A stretch of 64,000 nt of DNA from an uncultured Gaiellaceae bacterium (GCA_963783705.1 CAWAOK010000002.1:29149-93148), one strand, 5' to 3'; numbered from the stretch's first letter, positions 29,676-37,925 are shown. Numbers and translations: made by a program. Notes: generated from the letters alone by a model not told the origin.

Positions 29676-29745
29676 GACCGGAGATCCGCTAGCGCGGATG
29701 CTCCGGTCGCGCGTGGATCCCTGAAGGCGGCTGCTTCGCAGCCGC
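29676..29745. repeat. Two-hairpin CCCTGAAGG element (family P3), copy A
   Basis: GACCGGAGATCCGC-TAGC-GCGGATGCTCCGGTC, then GCGCGTGGATCCCTGAAGGCG, then GCGGCTGC-TTC-GCAGCCGC. Confidence 0.75.
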
Positions 29746-29815
29746 ATCGCGTCGAGAACAGGAGTGCGCAATACCAGGCACCGCTGCACGGATCGGGAAG
29801 AGACCGCGCGGATTC

Positions 29816-30628
29816 GTGGGCGTAGTCGGGCCTGACGCGGGGTCGTTTCTCCAGCGAATGCTGTCGAACGACGTCGAGACGCTCGGGCCGGACGAGTCGT
29901 GCGAGGCGCTCCTGCTCACGGCGAAAGCACGCATCATCGCTCCGATGACCGTCTACCGCAGAAGCGCCGACGACTTCCTGCTGCTGACCGAGCCCGAGCT
30001 GGCCGAGCGTCTCCGCGCGCAGCTCCTGCGAGGGCGCTTGGCGGCCAAGGTGAGTGTGGAGCTCGAAGAGCACGAGTCCGCTCTCGTCGTCGGCCGTGAG
30101 ACGCCCGTCGGTGGGATCGCGAACCGCGAGCTCGGTGTCGCTGCCTACGAGGTGCTCGACGAGGAGCTCCCCAGCTGGCGTGAGATCGACGAGCACGAGC
30201 TCGAGCTCCTCCGGATCCGCGCCGCCACGCCCCGCTTCGGGCGCGAGCTCGACGATCGGGTGCTCCCGGCCGAGGCCGGGCTCGACGAGCGGGCGATCGA
30301 CTTCGAGAAGGGGTGCTACCCGGGCCAGGAGCCGGTCGCGCGCCAGCACTACCGCGGCCGCGTCAATCGCACGCTCCGCGTGCTCGAGATCCAGGGCGAG
30401 GAGCTTCCCGAGTACGACGCCGAGCTCGAGCTGGAGGGCAAGGTCGTCGGCCGCGTGACGAGCGCGAGCCGGGACGGCGATGTCGTCGTGACGCTCGCCT
30501 ACGTTCGTGTCGAAGTCCCGCGCGATGCCGAGCTGAGTCTCGGAGACCGGGCCGTTGCGCAGCTAGACAGTGCTGATGCGCAAGTCGGGAACTCGCGTGA
30601 GAGTTCCCGACTGCGCGCAGACCCCTGA
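29816..30628 (+). CDS. ygfZ: YgfZ/GcvT-like folate-binding protein
   Basis: GPDAGSFLQRMLSNDV and the KGCYPGQEPVAR motif. It is N-terminally short: the frame is open upstream but has no ATG, GTG or TTG before 29816. The last ~15 codons and the TGA stop fall inside repeat P3-D. Confidence 0.75.
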   Translation: MGVVGPDAGSFLQRMLSNDVETLGPDESCEALLLTAKARIIAPMTVYRRSADDFLLLTEPELAERLRAQLLRGRLAAKVSVELEEHESALVVGRETPVGGIANRELGVAAYEVLDEELPSWREIDEHELELLRIRAATPRFGRELDDRVLPAEAGLDERAIDFEKGCYPGQEPVARQHYRGRVNRTLRVLEIQGEELPEYDAELELEGKVVGRVTSASRDGDVVVTLAYVRVEVPRDAELSLGDRAVAQLDSADAQVGNSRESSRLRADP

Positions 30629-30649
30629 AGGCGACCACTTCGCGGTCGC
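30583..30649. repeat. Two-hairpin CCCTGAAGG element (family P3), copy D
   Basis: AGTCGGGAACTC-GCGTGA-GAGTTCCCGACT, then GCGCGCAGACCCCTGAAGGCG, then GCGACCAC-TTC-GCGGTCGC. It overlaps the ygfZ 3' end. Confidence 0.65.
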
Positions 30650-30681
30650 ACCGCTGCGACTCTCTACACTTGACGGTCCCC

Positions 30682-30754
30682 GCGCCCGTAGCTCAGGGGA
30701 TAGAGCGCTGCCCTGCGGAGGCAGAGGTCGCATGTTCGAATCATGCCGGGCGCA
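30682..30754 (+). tRNA. tRNA-Arg, anticodon GCG
   Basis: Hand-folded cloverleaf: acceptor GCGCCCG/CGGGCGC, D arm GCTC-AGGGGATA-GAGC, anticodon arm CTGCC-CTGCGGA-GGCAG, variable AGGTC, T arm GCATG-TTCGAAT-CATGC, discriminator A. CCA is not encoded. Confidence 0.9.
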
Positions 30755-30811
30755 TCGCCGTGTGGACTGCGTCGCGGGAGGGGCCGCGTCTCCTGCGCAG
30801 AAACGACAGGC

Positions 30812-31333
30812 GTGGCAATCCCGGAAGGGCTCACGCTCGAACAGCATCGCGACCGCCCTGCGCGCAGGAGCCGGCAGGTCGTTCGCTGGATCCTCCTCGG
30901 CGCTCTCTCGCTGGTGTTGCTCCTCGGCCTCGCGAACGTCTTCGGCCAGTACTCGCTCGAGTCGACGGCCGAGTCGTCCGCGGGCAGCCTCGTCGTCGAC
31001 GCCCCACGGACGCTGCGGGGAGGCCTCTTCTTCCAGGCGCGGTTCACCGTCGCGGCCGCGGAGGAGATCGAGCGCGCGACCGTCGTTCTCGACCCCGGGT
31101 GGCTCGAGGACATCACGCTGAACACCGTCGAGCCGGCGCCCGTGGGCGAGGCGAGCCGCGACGGCAAGATCGCGCTCGAGCTCGGTCGAGTTCCGGCGGG
31201 CGAGGAGCACCTGCTCTTCCTCCACTTCCAGGTCAACCCGACAGCTGTCGGCCGCCGGTCGCAGGACGTCGACCTCTACGACGGCGAGCGCCTGCTGGGC
31301 TCCATCCAGCGCAGCGCGTTCATCTGGCCCTGA
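30812..31333 (+). CDS. Hypothetical membrane-anchored protein
   Basis: One TM segment (VVRWILLGALSLVLLLGLANVF) followed by a soluble domain of about 130 aa. GTG at 30812 is the first start clear of the tRNA. The stop overlaps the next ATG (TGATG). Confidence 0.5.
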   Translation: MAIPEGLTLEQHRDRPARRSRQVVRWILLGALSLVLLLGLANVFGQYSLESTAESSAGSLVVDAPRTLRGGLFFQARFTVAAAEEIERATVVLDPGWLEDITLNTVEPAPVGEASRDGKIALELGRVPAGEEHLLFLHFQVNPTAVGRRSQDVDLYDGERLLGSIQRSAFIWP

Positions 31334-31776
31334 TGGACATCGTGGCGCGCGCAACGCTGGGGTTCCTGTTCGTGCTCTTCGTCGCGCGCATCGTCGGGCG
31401 CCGTGAGCTCGCGTCGATGCAGCCGTTCGACCTCATTCTGCTCGTGATGATCGGCGACCTCGTCCAGCAAGGGATCACGCAGAACGACTTCTCGGTGACG
31501 GGGCTCGTGCTCGCCGCCGGCACGATCGCGGTGCTCGCCGTCGCGGTGTCGTACGGCGGCTTCAAGCTCCCGTGGCTTCGGCCGGTGCTCGAGGGTGAGC
31601 CGGTGATCGTCCTGCAGGACGGCGAGCCCGTCATGAAGAACCTCGATCGCAACCGGATAACCGTCGACGAGCTGCGAGCCGCAGCGCGGCTCGAGGGAAT
31701 TGCGCGACTCGCGGACGTCGAGTGGGCGGTGCTCGAGACCGGCGGGCGGATCAGCTTCATCGAGAAGTCCGGCTAG
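31333..31776 (+). CDS. DUF421 (YetF-like) membrane protein
   Basis: MDIVARATLGFLFVLFVARIVGRRELASMQPFDLILLVMIGDLVQQGI...ITVDELRAAARLEGIARLADVEWAVLETGGRISF. Confidence 0.75.
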   Translation: MDIVARATLGFLFVLFVARIVGRRELASMQPFDLILLVMIGDLVQQGITQNDFSVTGLVLAAGTIAVLAVAVSYGGFKLPWLRPVLEGEPVIVLQDGEPVMKNLDRNRITVDELRAAARLEGIARLADVEWAVLETGGRISFIEKSG

Positions 31777-31781
31777 CGCCG

Positions 31782-33471
31782 TTACGTCGCAGTCGACCGG
31801 TACCCGGTCGACGCCAGTCCCGACAGTCGCGCGCTCATCACCGTCTCCGCCGCTTCGGCGCTCTGCGCGTGTCCGGTGACGGCGGCGAGGAAGTCCTCGC
31901 GGTCGAGGGCGTACAGCACCGCGTCCGTGCGCGCAGTCACCGTGGCGGTGCGATTCGTAGTCGCGGAGGAGGGCGATCTCTCCGAAGTAGCCGCCCGGCG
32001 ACAGCTCGGAGATCGCGACACCGGCCTGCGTGACCTCGAGCTCGCCTTCGGCGACGATGTAGAAGCGGTCGCCCTGGTCGCCCTCGCGCACTGATCACCG
32101 TGCTGGCCTCGACGCGGAGCGGGACGAGGCGCGCTGCGAGGTGCTCGAGCGATCCTCCTGGGAGCGGAGCGAAGATCGGCACCGAGACGAGGACTCTGAG
32201 CTCGTCGGCTTGCGGCGCCTCGGCAGACCTGTCGATTCGCGCCGACGGTCGCTCCGAGACGCGAGAACGAGGGCGGGGAGAAAGAGGCCCACCACGATGA
32301 GCGCCACGTCGATGCCGAGCCAAGCGATGAGCGCCGGCGCAAGCGCCGCTCCGATGCCCATCGACGCCAGCCAGAGCATCTGGATCACGCCGAAGACGCG
32401 CGCGAGCACATCGTCCGGGACTGTGCGCTGCACGAGCGTCAGGCCGGCGACGTCGACGAAGGAGTTTCCGATGCCGATGACGCGCGAGCGCGACGATCGC
32501 GATCGCTATCTCCTCCCACAGGCCAAGGGCGACCAGCGGCACACCTGTGACGACGAGTCCGATGAGAAAAGCCGGGCTGAGCCGTCGCACGCCCGTCAGC
32601 GAGAGGGCGCCGACCGCACCCAGGAACGCGCCGATTCCGATCGCGGCATTGAGATAGCCGACGCCGCCGTCCCCGAGGTCGAGTCGGTCGAGCGCCATGA
32701 CGACGATGAACACCTGCAAGGCACCAGCGAGCGTCGTCTGGGCCGTGAGGAGCAGCATGATCACTCGCAGCGACGCGTCGTGGCCCGAGCGTCGTGAACC
32801 CGGCAAGTCGCTTCGGCGGCAATCGTGGAGGCCGCCAGCTCGCGGCGGGGTGGTCGATCGTCCCGCTCGACCTGGATCAGCAGCACGAACAGCGCCGAGA
32901 TGGCGACGAGTGCTGCGGTCGCGGTGAAGACGACGCCCGTGCTTGCCACGGCGAGCAGCACTCCCGCCAGAGCCGGGCCGGCGAACACTGCGATGCTCTC
33001 GACGCCGCTCGCGACGGCGTTCGCCGCAGTGAGCTCGTTCGGCGTTCGCGCGAGGCTGGGAGTGAGTGCGGCCTGCGCCGAGCGGAACGGGGTCGTCGCG
33101 ATCGTCGGCGGCGATCGACAGGCCGTAGACGACCCACGGACCGGCGTCGACGAAGACAGCCGACTGCCGACGCCAGCACGAAAACGACGCGGCACGATGT
33201 TCGTAATCAGAGAGCACGCGCTCGCGCGCGGTAGCGGTCGCCGAGCATGCCGGCGAAGGGTGAGATGAGAGCGGCGGGGATCAGACGAGCCAGGAACACG
33301 AGCCCGACGGCTTTCTCGCCGCCGACGCCGTAGGCATAGACCGAGACGGCAACGAGGTACGCGTAGTGCCCGATGATCGACGCCGCCCACGCGAGCTCCA
33401 GCCAGCGGAGGTTCGCGTTCCGCCAGACTGCCGTGAATGCTGCGAAGGACTCCCTTGCTCGCGTCCGCCAT
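31782..33471 (-). pseudogene. MFS transporter fused to a C-terminal cyclic-nucleotide-binding domain, broken by at least nine reading-frame changes
   Basis: Protein-like segments follow one another in different frames. MADASKG, then SFAAFTAVWRNANLRWLELAWAASIIGHYAYLVAV...GMLGDRY, then AVFVDAGPWVVYGLSIAA, then TIATTPFRSAQAALTPSLARTPNELTAANAV...STIAAEA, then LAGFTTLG, then HDASLRVIMLLLTAQ...IAIVALA, then GIGNSFVDVAGLTLVQRTVPDDVLARVFG...LVLASRS, then ARIDRSAEAPQADELRVLVSVPIFAPLPGGSLEHLAARLVPLRVEASTVI, then REGDQGDRFYIVAEGELEV...GGYFGEIALLRDYE, then NRTATVTARTDAVLYALDREDFLAAV. Track ORFs 32761..33753, 31937..33217, 32439..32822, 32095..32433, 31276..32091 and 31782..32342 each carry pieces. Confidence 0.75.
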
Positions 33472-33654
33472 CCGGCGCACGGCGCGTGAGCATCTCACCC
33501 GTTGTTGCAGAATGGAAGTCGGCGAGGGAAGATTTCGTCCACGTACGCGGTCTAGTTGGTCAGAATCCGCGCGAGAGCGCCCGAACAGGAGGAGCACGAA
33601 TGTCGGACAGAGACGACACGCCCAGAGGACGAGGTCGAGGCTCACGGCCCATTG

Positions 33655-33850
33655 GGATCGGGTCCGCTCGGATCGGGTCCGCTCGGACCGGGTCCGCTCG
33701 GTTCGGAGCCAGAGGTCGAGGCGGCGGACGACGAGCCGGACGTTGAGGCCCACGGCCCACCGGCTCGGGTCCCGTCGGCTCGGGTCCGGTCGGCTCGGGT
33801 CCAGTGGGATCGGGGCCAGTGGGATCGGGTCCGGTCGGCTCGTAGGCTCG
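33655..33850. repeat. Two blocks of a 15-bp tandem repeat (about 3.7 and 6 units) separated by 50 bp
   Basis: Block 1 (33655-33710): GGATCGGGTCCGCTC, GGATCGGGTCCGCTC, GGACCGGGTCCGCTC, GGTTCGGAGCC. Block 2 (33761-33850): CGGCTCGGGTCCCGT, CGGCTCGGGTCCGGT, CGGCTCGGGTCCAGT, GGGATCGGGGCCAGT, GGGATCGGGTCCGGT, CGGCTCGTAGGCTCG. Confidence 0.9.
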
Positions 33851-33868
33851 CCGAGATCACGAAGGTTC

Positions 33869-33904
33869 GAGAGGCCCGGGTGCTCCCGGGCCTCTCTCGT
33901 TTCT
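33869..33904 (+). terminator. Rho-independent-type terminator, possibly bidirectional
   Basis: GAGAGGCCCGGG-TGCT-CCCGGGCCTCTC, a 12-bp stem followed by TCGTTTCT on the plus strand. It lies directly after the GAF gene stop on the minus strand. Confidence 0.7.
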
Positions 33905-34548
33905 ACGCGCCGAGTGTCCGCGCCAGGTGATTCAGGAGCTTCAGGCCTGATTCGCGCTGCTCGTCCTCGAGCGCATCGACTGCTGTGGCCAGTCGAGCGA
34001 CGATCGCGAGGTCATCTCCGCCGTCTCCGAGTAGCGCCTCCGCCCGGCGTGCTTTCAGCAGGAGGTCGACCGCGATCGCGGCCTGGTTCGCGAAGAGCCC
34101 GAGGAGCTCCATCTCCTGCAGGCTGAAGAGCGTCTCGCTCCGGCCGGTCGAGCACCGAGAGCACGCCGAGCGCACCTTCCTCGTGAAGAAGCGGCGCCGC
34201 CATGAGGCCCTTGGGCACGTAGCCGGTCTCCTCGGCCACGTCGCGGGACCATCGTGGATCGTTGTGCACGTCCTCGATGACGAGCGGCGTTCGGGTCGCG
34301 AGCACCCAGCCCGCGATCCCGGTGCCGGCCGGGAAGCGCGTGCCGAGCAGCGTGTCCTCGCCCTCGCCGACGACGGCCTCGAAGACGAGCTCCTCGGTCT
34401 CCGCGTCGAGCAGGAGGATCGAGGACGCCTTCGCGCCGAAGATCGAGCGCGCGACCTCGACGATCGCGGCGAGGAGCGCACGGAACGACTCCTCGGAGCC
34501 GACGACGCCTGCGGCCACGGCTGCGCGGAGATCGGGTTGGTCGGTCAT
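33903..34548 (-). pseudogene. GAF domain protein with one apparent frameshift near 34140
   Basis: The N-terminal 136 aa (MTDQPDLRAAVAAGVVGSEESFRALLAAIVEVARSIFGAKASSILLLD...GALGVLSVLDRP) are in the frame of ORF 34012..35670. The expected continuation SETLFSLQEMELLGLFANQAAIAVDLLLKA...NHLARTLGA is in the frame of ORF 33903..34481. ATGA overlap with the upstream S8 gene. Confidence 0.7.
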
Positions 34549-35394
34549 GTGCCACCTCCGACGTTCGTCGCGGTCAGGTACAGGACGCTCTTCAGCTGGA
34601 AGGGCGTCAGCTCGGGATGCTTCGAGAGGATCAGCGCGCAGATCGAGGACATGTGCGGTGTCGCGAAGCTGTTCCCCGAGACGGTGAGGGTCCGGCCGCC
34701 GAGCCACGGCACCTCGACGTTCACGCCGCGGCCGAAGAACTCGACCGGCGGGTTCGGGTTGTAGAAGAAGTCGAGCGGATCGGGCTCCTCGTGGCTGCCG
34801 ACGGAGATGACGGACGAGAAGCGCCACGGATAGCTCTCGACCGGCATGTTGTGGGCGGACGCGACGAGCACCGTTCGCCTGAAGTACGCGCTGTCGGCGA
34901 GCTCGTGCAGGATGCTCGCGAACGGCTTCTTCGTCGTCGAGAGGCTCATGTTGATGACGTCGAAGCCCTGCTCGATCGCGTAGCGAAGACCGCCGAGGAG
35001 CACCGCCCCCGAGCCGGTGAAGCTCGAGCCGAGCACGCGCACGCTCGAGATCCGCGACTCCGGTGCGAGGCGGCGCACGATTCCGGCGCAGGCGGTGCCG
35101 TGTCCGGAGACGTCGCCCTCCGTGTCCTCGTCGGCCACGACCTCGTCGTCGTCGCCGATCGAGATGACGACCGCGCTCTCGAGCTCGCCGACGAGCGGGT
35201 GGGTCGCCTCGACGCCCGAGTCGAGGATGCAGACGCGAACGCCCTTGCCGGTGGCGCCGCCGAGCGCCCAGTCGCGTGTGACCTGCTCGGGCCATTCGAC
35301 GGGCAGCGCGATCCGGTCGACCGCGTCCTTGGGGAGGCTCCACGCAGGGAGCGCCGCCTTGCTCGCGTCCCAGCTGTGCGCAGACCTCGGTCAC
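34545..35394 (-). pseudogene. Intracellular subtilisin-like (S8) peptidase whose Asp-containing N-terminal region has no in-frame start codon
   Basis: Track ORF 34545..35138 has the His (HGTACAGIV) and Ser (GNSFATPHMS) contexts. The same frame continues upstream as SWDASKAALPAWSLPKDAVDRIALPVEWPEQVTRDWALGGATGKGVRVCILDSGVEATHP (catalytic Asp), back to a TGA at 35391-35393, with no ATG, GTG or TTG. A GTG at 35392-35394 sits in another frame. No signal peptide. Confidence 0.65.
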
Positions 35395-35411
35395 CCGCGG
35401 GATGCTAAGCG

Positions 35412-35670
35412 TTAGCTCTCGGCGAGACGATCGCGAAGCTCGCCGAGGATCCGGCGGTCGGGCTCGTAGCCCTCCGCGGCGAGCGCCTGCTCGAGATCGG
35501 CGATCAGCGCCGCGCGGAACGACGAGATCCGCCTCGGCGCGCGAGACGATCTCGTCGAACGTGCGGCGCGCAGCCGGCAGCTCCTGCGCAGCCCGCACCC
35601 AACCGGTGGGTGCGGGTCGCAGGATTCGGAGGAGCACTCCGAGACGCTCTTCGTCGTAGAGGCGCGTCAT
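35412..35670 (-). pseudogene. Small hypothetical protein (about 86 aa) with an apparent frameshift near 35520
   Basis: MTRLYDEERLGVLLRILRPAPTGWVRAAQELPAARRTFDEIVSRAEADL is in one frame. SFRAALIADLEQALAAEGYEPDRRILGELRDRLAES followed by TAA (35412-35414) is in another. Both parts have GC-rich third positions. Confidence 0.5.
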
Positions 35671-35721
35671 CTAATCCCTAGACCCGTCGGGCTCGGGGTT
35701 TCTTCCCTGTGTTTGTTGCGC

Positions 35722-35790
35722 GACCGGAATCCGGCTAGCGCCGGACTCCGGTCGCGCGAAGATCCCTGAAGGCGTCCGCTTCGCGGCCGC
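35722..35790. repeat. Two-hairpin CCCTGAAGG element (family P3), copy B
   Basis: GACCGGAATCCGGC-TAGC-GCCGGACTCCGGTC, then GCGCGAAGATCCCTGAAGGCG, then GCGTCCGC-TTC-GCGGCCGC. It sits between the sigma factor stop and the next minus-strand ORF. Confidence 0.75.
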
Positions 35791-35801
35791 GATGCTTCGC
35801 A

Positions 35802-36332
35802 TCAGTTCTTCGCCTCGAGCTCGTTCCGAAGGCGAGAGAGGCAGCGCGCGATGCGGCTCGCGATGGTTCCGGACGGGATCTCGAGCTCGTCGGCGATCGT
35901 CTTGTAGCTCTGGTCGCGCGTGAAGAAGCGGTCGAGGATGTCCTGACACGCTTCCGAGAGACCGGACAGCGCCTCGCGTACCTCGAACGCCTCCTCGACG
36001 TCGCTCAGGTCGCTCGATCCTTCCTCGGTCACGTCCTCGACGGGTACATCGCGCTTCGCCGCGATCGCATCGAGGCAGCGACGCCGGGTGAGCTGCGCGA
36101 TCCAGGGCCGGAGCGCAGAGTCGTCGCGGAGACTGTCGAGCCGCGTGTAGATGCGCGTGAAGACGTCCTGGAAGACGTCCTCGGCGTCCTCGTCGCTCAT
36201 CCTGAAGCCGCGCACGGCGATCGCGTAGACGTAGCGCGAGTAGCGCTCGACGAGCTCGTTCCACGCGTCTGCGTCGTCTGCGCGGCAGCGGCGGACGAGC
36301 TCGGCGTCGGTCAGGGTCGAGTAGCCGCTCAC
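35802..36332 (-). CDS. ECF-type RNA polymerase sigma-70 factor
   Basis: Region 2 (AWNELVERYSRYVYAIAVRGFRMSDEDAEDVFQDVFTRIY) and region 4 HTH (SYKTIADELEIPSGTIASRIARCLSRLR). 176 aa, intact. The GTG start overlaps the upstream stop (GTGA). Confidence 0.9.
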   Translation of the reverse strand: MSGYSTLTDAELVRRCRADDADAWNELVERYSRYVYAIAVRGFRMSDEDAEDVFQDVFTRIYTRLDSLRDDSALRPWIAQLTRRRCLDAIAAKRDVPVEDVTEEGSSDLSDVEEAFEVREALSGLSEACQDILDRFFTRDQSYKTIADELEIPSGTIASRIARCLSRLRNELEAKN

Positions 36333-36921
36333 CGCCGCGACTCGAGCAGTCGTGCAGCGACGTCCTGCGCCGCCTGCTCGCTCGCGAGGGCGCGGCGCGA
36401 GTCGCGGGATCCGCGCTGCGGACGCCGAGGTTCACGCGGACGAGATGTGCCGCCGCGGACGCTCCACCCGCGGCGAGCGCGGCTGCCGCTGCGGCGTCCG
36501 CGCGGTACGTCGCGTCGCCGTGCTCGGCGGCCAGCGCTGCGAGTGCGGCAGCGTCGGCGCCGAGGGAGGCGATCTCGAGCGGCGCCGCCGCAGCGGCTTC
36601 GAGCTTGCGCTCGAGCGCGAAGTCCCTCTTGGGATCCACAGCTGCCCCGGCCTCGGCGTCGCGGAGCGCGGTGAGCGCGTCCTCCCAGACGCGGCCGTCG
36701 GTGTGCGCGAGCTCCACCGCGCGCTCGCCGATCGCGTTCGCCTGGGCAGAGACTCCCGCCGCCTCGTCCCACCTCACCGAGCAGCGCGCGACCATCGCGA
36801 CGAGCCTGGCAGAGAACGCAACGGTGAGCGCTGCGGCCGAGCCTCCACCCGGCGCGAGCCCGTCCGCCGACAGGCGCTCGAGAAGCTCGCCCAGCCGCAG
36901 TTCCAGGTATTCGCCGCCCAC
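36329..36921 (-). pseudogene. Cyclodeaminase/cyclohydrolase family protein (FTCD C-terminal-domain-like) with an apparent frameshift near 36410
   Basis: The N-terminal ~170 aa (LSADGLAPGGGSAAALTVAFSARLVAMVARCS...AAHLVRVNLGVRSA) are in the frame of ORF 35671..36921. The C-terminal ~27 aa (DSRRALASEQAAQDVAARLLESRR, then stop) are in the frame of ORF 36329..36772, whose TGA overlaps the sigma GTG. Confidence 0.65.
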
Positions 36922-36971
36922 GCTGCGGCGAGTTTACGGGGGGTCTTCCCGCGTTCCTAGACTTGCGGGCA

Positions 36972-37901
36972 ATGCCGCTCTATCTCACCGAGTCCGACGT
37001 CGCCGCGCTCGTGTCCCCGTCCGACGCGGTCGAAGCTGTCGAGGCGTGCTTCCGGCGGATGGCCGCCGGCGAGGTGGAGATCGCGCCGCGCCGTCGGCTC
37101 GCGTTGCCAGAGGGCTCGCTCGCCGACATGGCTGCAGCGGACCGTGGGCTCGGGCTGGCCGGCGGGAAGCTCTACGCGGCGACTCCGAACGGCGCGACGT
37201 TCGTCGTGTGCCTGTTCGATTCGGAGTCCTCGGAGCTCGTTGCGGTCATCGAGGCCGACCGGCTCGGGCAGCTTCGAACCGGGGCCGCGAGCGGCGTCGC
37301 CGCCCGCCATCTCGCGAAGAGCGATGCGCGGACGCTCGGCGTGATCGGCTGCGGCCACCAGGCCGAGACCCAGGTCGCGTGCGTTCGCGCAGCGGTGCCG
37401 GCGATCGAGCGCGTGGTCGCGTTCTGCCGCACGCCCGAGAAGCTCGTCGCGTTCTGCGAGCGAACCGGCGCCGAGCCGGGCGAGAGCCACCGCGACGCTG
37501 CCACCGCCGACGTCGTCGTGACGATCACGAGCTCACGCGATCCGGTGCTTCGTGGAGAGTGGCTCGCGCCGGGCACGCTCGTCTCGGCCGCAGGCGCGAA
37601 CATCGTGACGCGCCGGGAGCTCGACAACGCGGTCCTCGAACGCGCCAGCTTCGTCTGCTGCGACCTTCTCGAGCAGGCGAAGCTCGAGTCGGGCGATCTC
37701 GTCGAGCCCGTCCAGATGGGCGTTCTCGACTGGCTCGAGGTGCACGAGCTCCACGAGGTCGTCGCCGGGGAGATCGCCGGTCGCCAGTCGGACGAAGACA
37801 TCGTCGTCTTCAAGTCGAACGGGCTCGCCGCCTGGGACGTCGCGCTGGGGGCGGAGGCCGTTCGGCTGGCTCGTGAGCAGGGCGTGGGCGTCGCCCTGTA
37901 G
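36972..37901 (+). CDS. Ornithine cyclodeaminase / mu-crystallin family protein
   Basis: MPLYLTESDVAALVSPSDAVEAVEACF...LGQLRTGAASGVAARHLA...LGVIGCGHQAETQ Rossmann motif. The TAG stop lies inside REP copy 5. Confidence 0.85.
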   Translation: MPLYLTESDVAALVSPSDAVEAVEACFRRMAAGEVEIAPRRRLALPEGSLADMAAADRGLGLAGGKLYAATPNGATFVVCLFDSESSELVAVIEADRLGQLRTGAASGVAARHLAKSDARTLGVIGCGHQAETQVACVRAAVPAIERVVAFCRTPEKLVAFCERTGAEPGESHRDAATADVVVTITSSRDPVLRGEWLAPGTLVSAAGANIVTRRELDNAVLERASFVCCDLLEQAKLESGDLVEPVQMGVLDWLEVHELHEVVAGEIAGRQSDEDIVVFKSNGLAAWDVALGAEAVRLAREQGVGVAL

Positions 37902-37925
37902 GGGCGAGATATCTCTCGCCCCTAC
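37898..37925. repeat. REP-like hairpin family P1, copy 5
   Basis: GTAGGGGCGAGA-TATC-TCTCGCCCCTAC. It contains the TAG stops of both convergent flanking genes (37899-37901 plus strand, 37922-37924 minus strand). Confidence 0.85.

Noticed and set aside
33600-33746. Taking the ATG-initiated 48-aa Arg/Gly-rich ORF at face value as a gene
   Set aside because: It relies on AGA, CGA and GGA codons that look rare elsewhere in this window, and it stops before the second repeat block. The repeat periodicity makes more sense in other frames. It is kept only as part of the repeat-locus finding.
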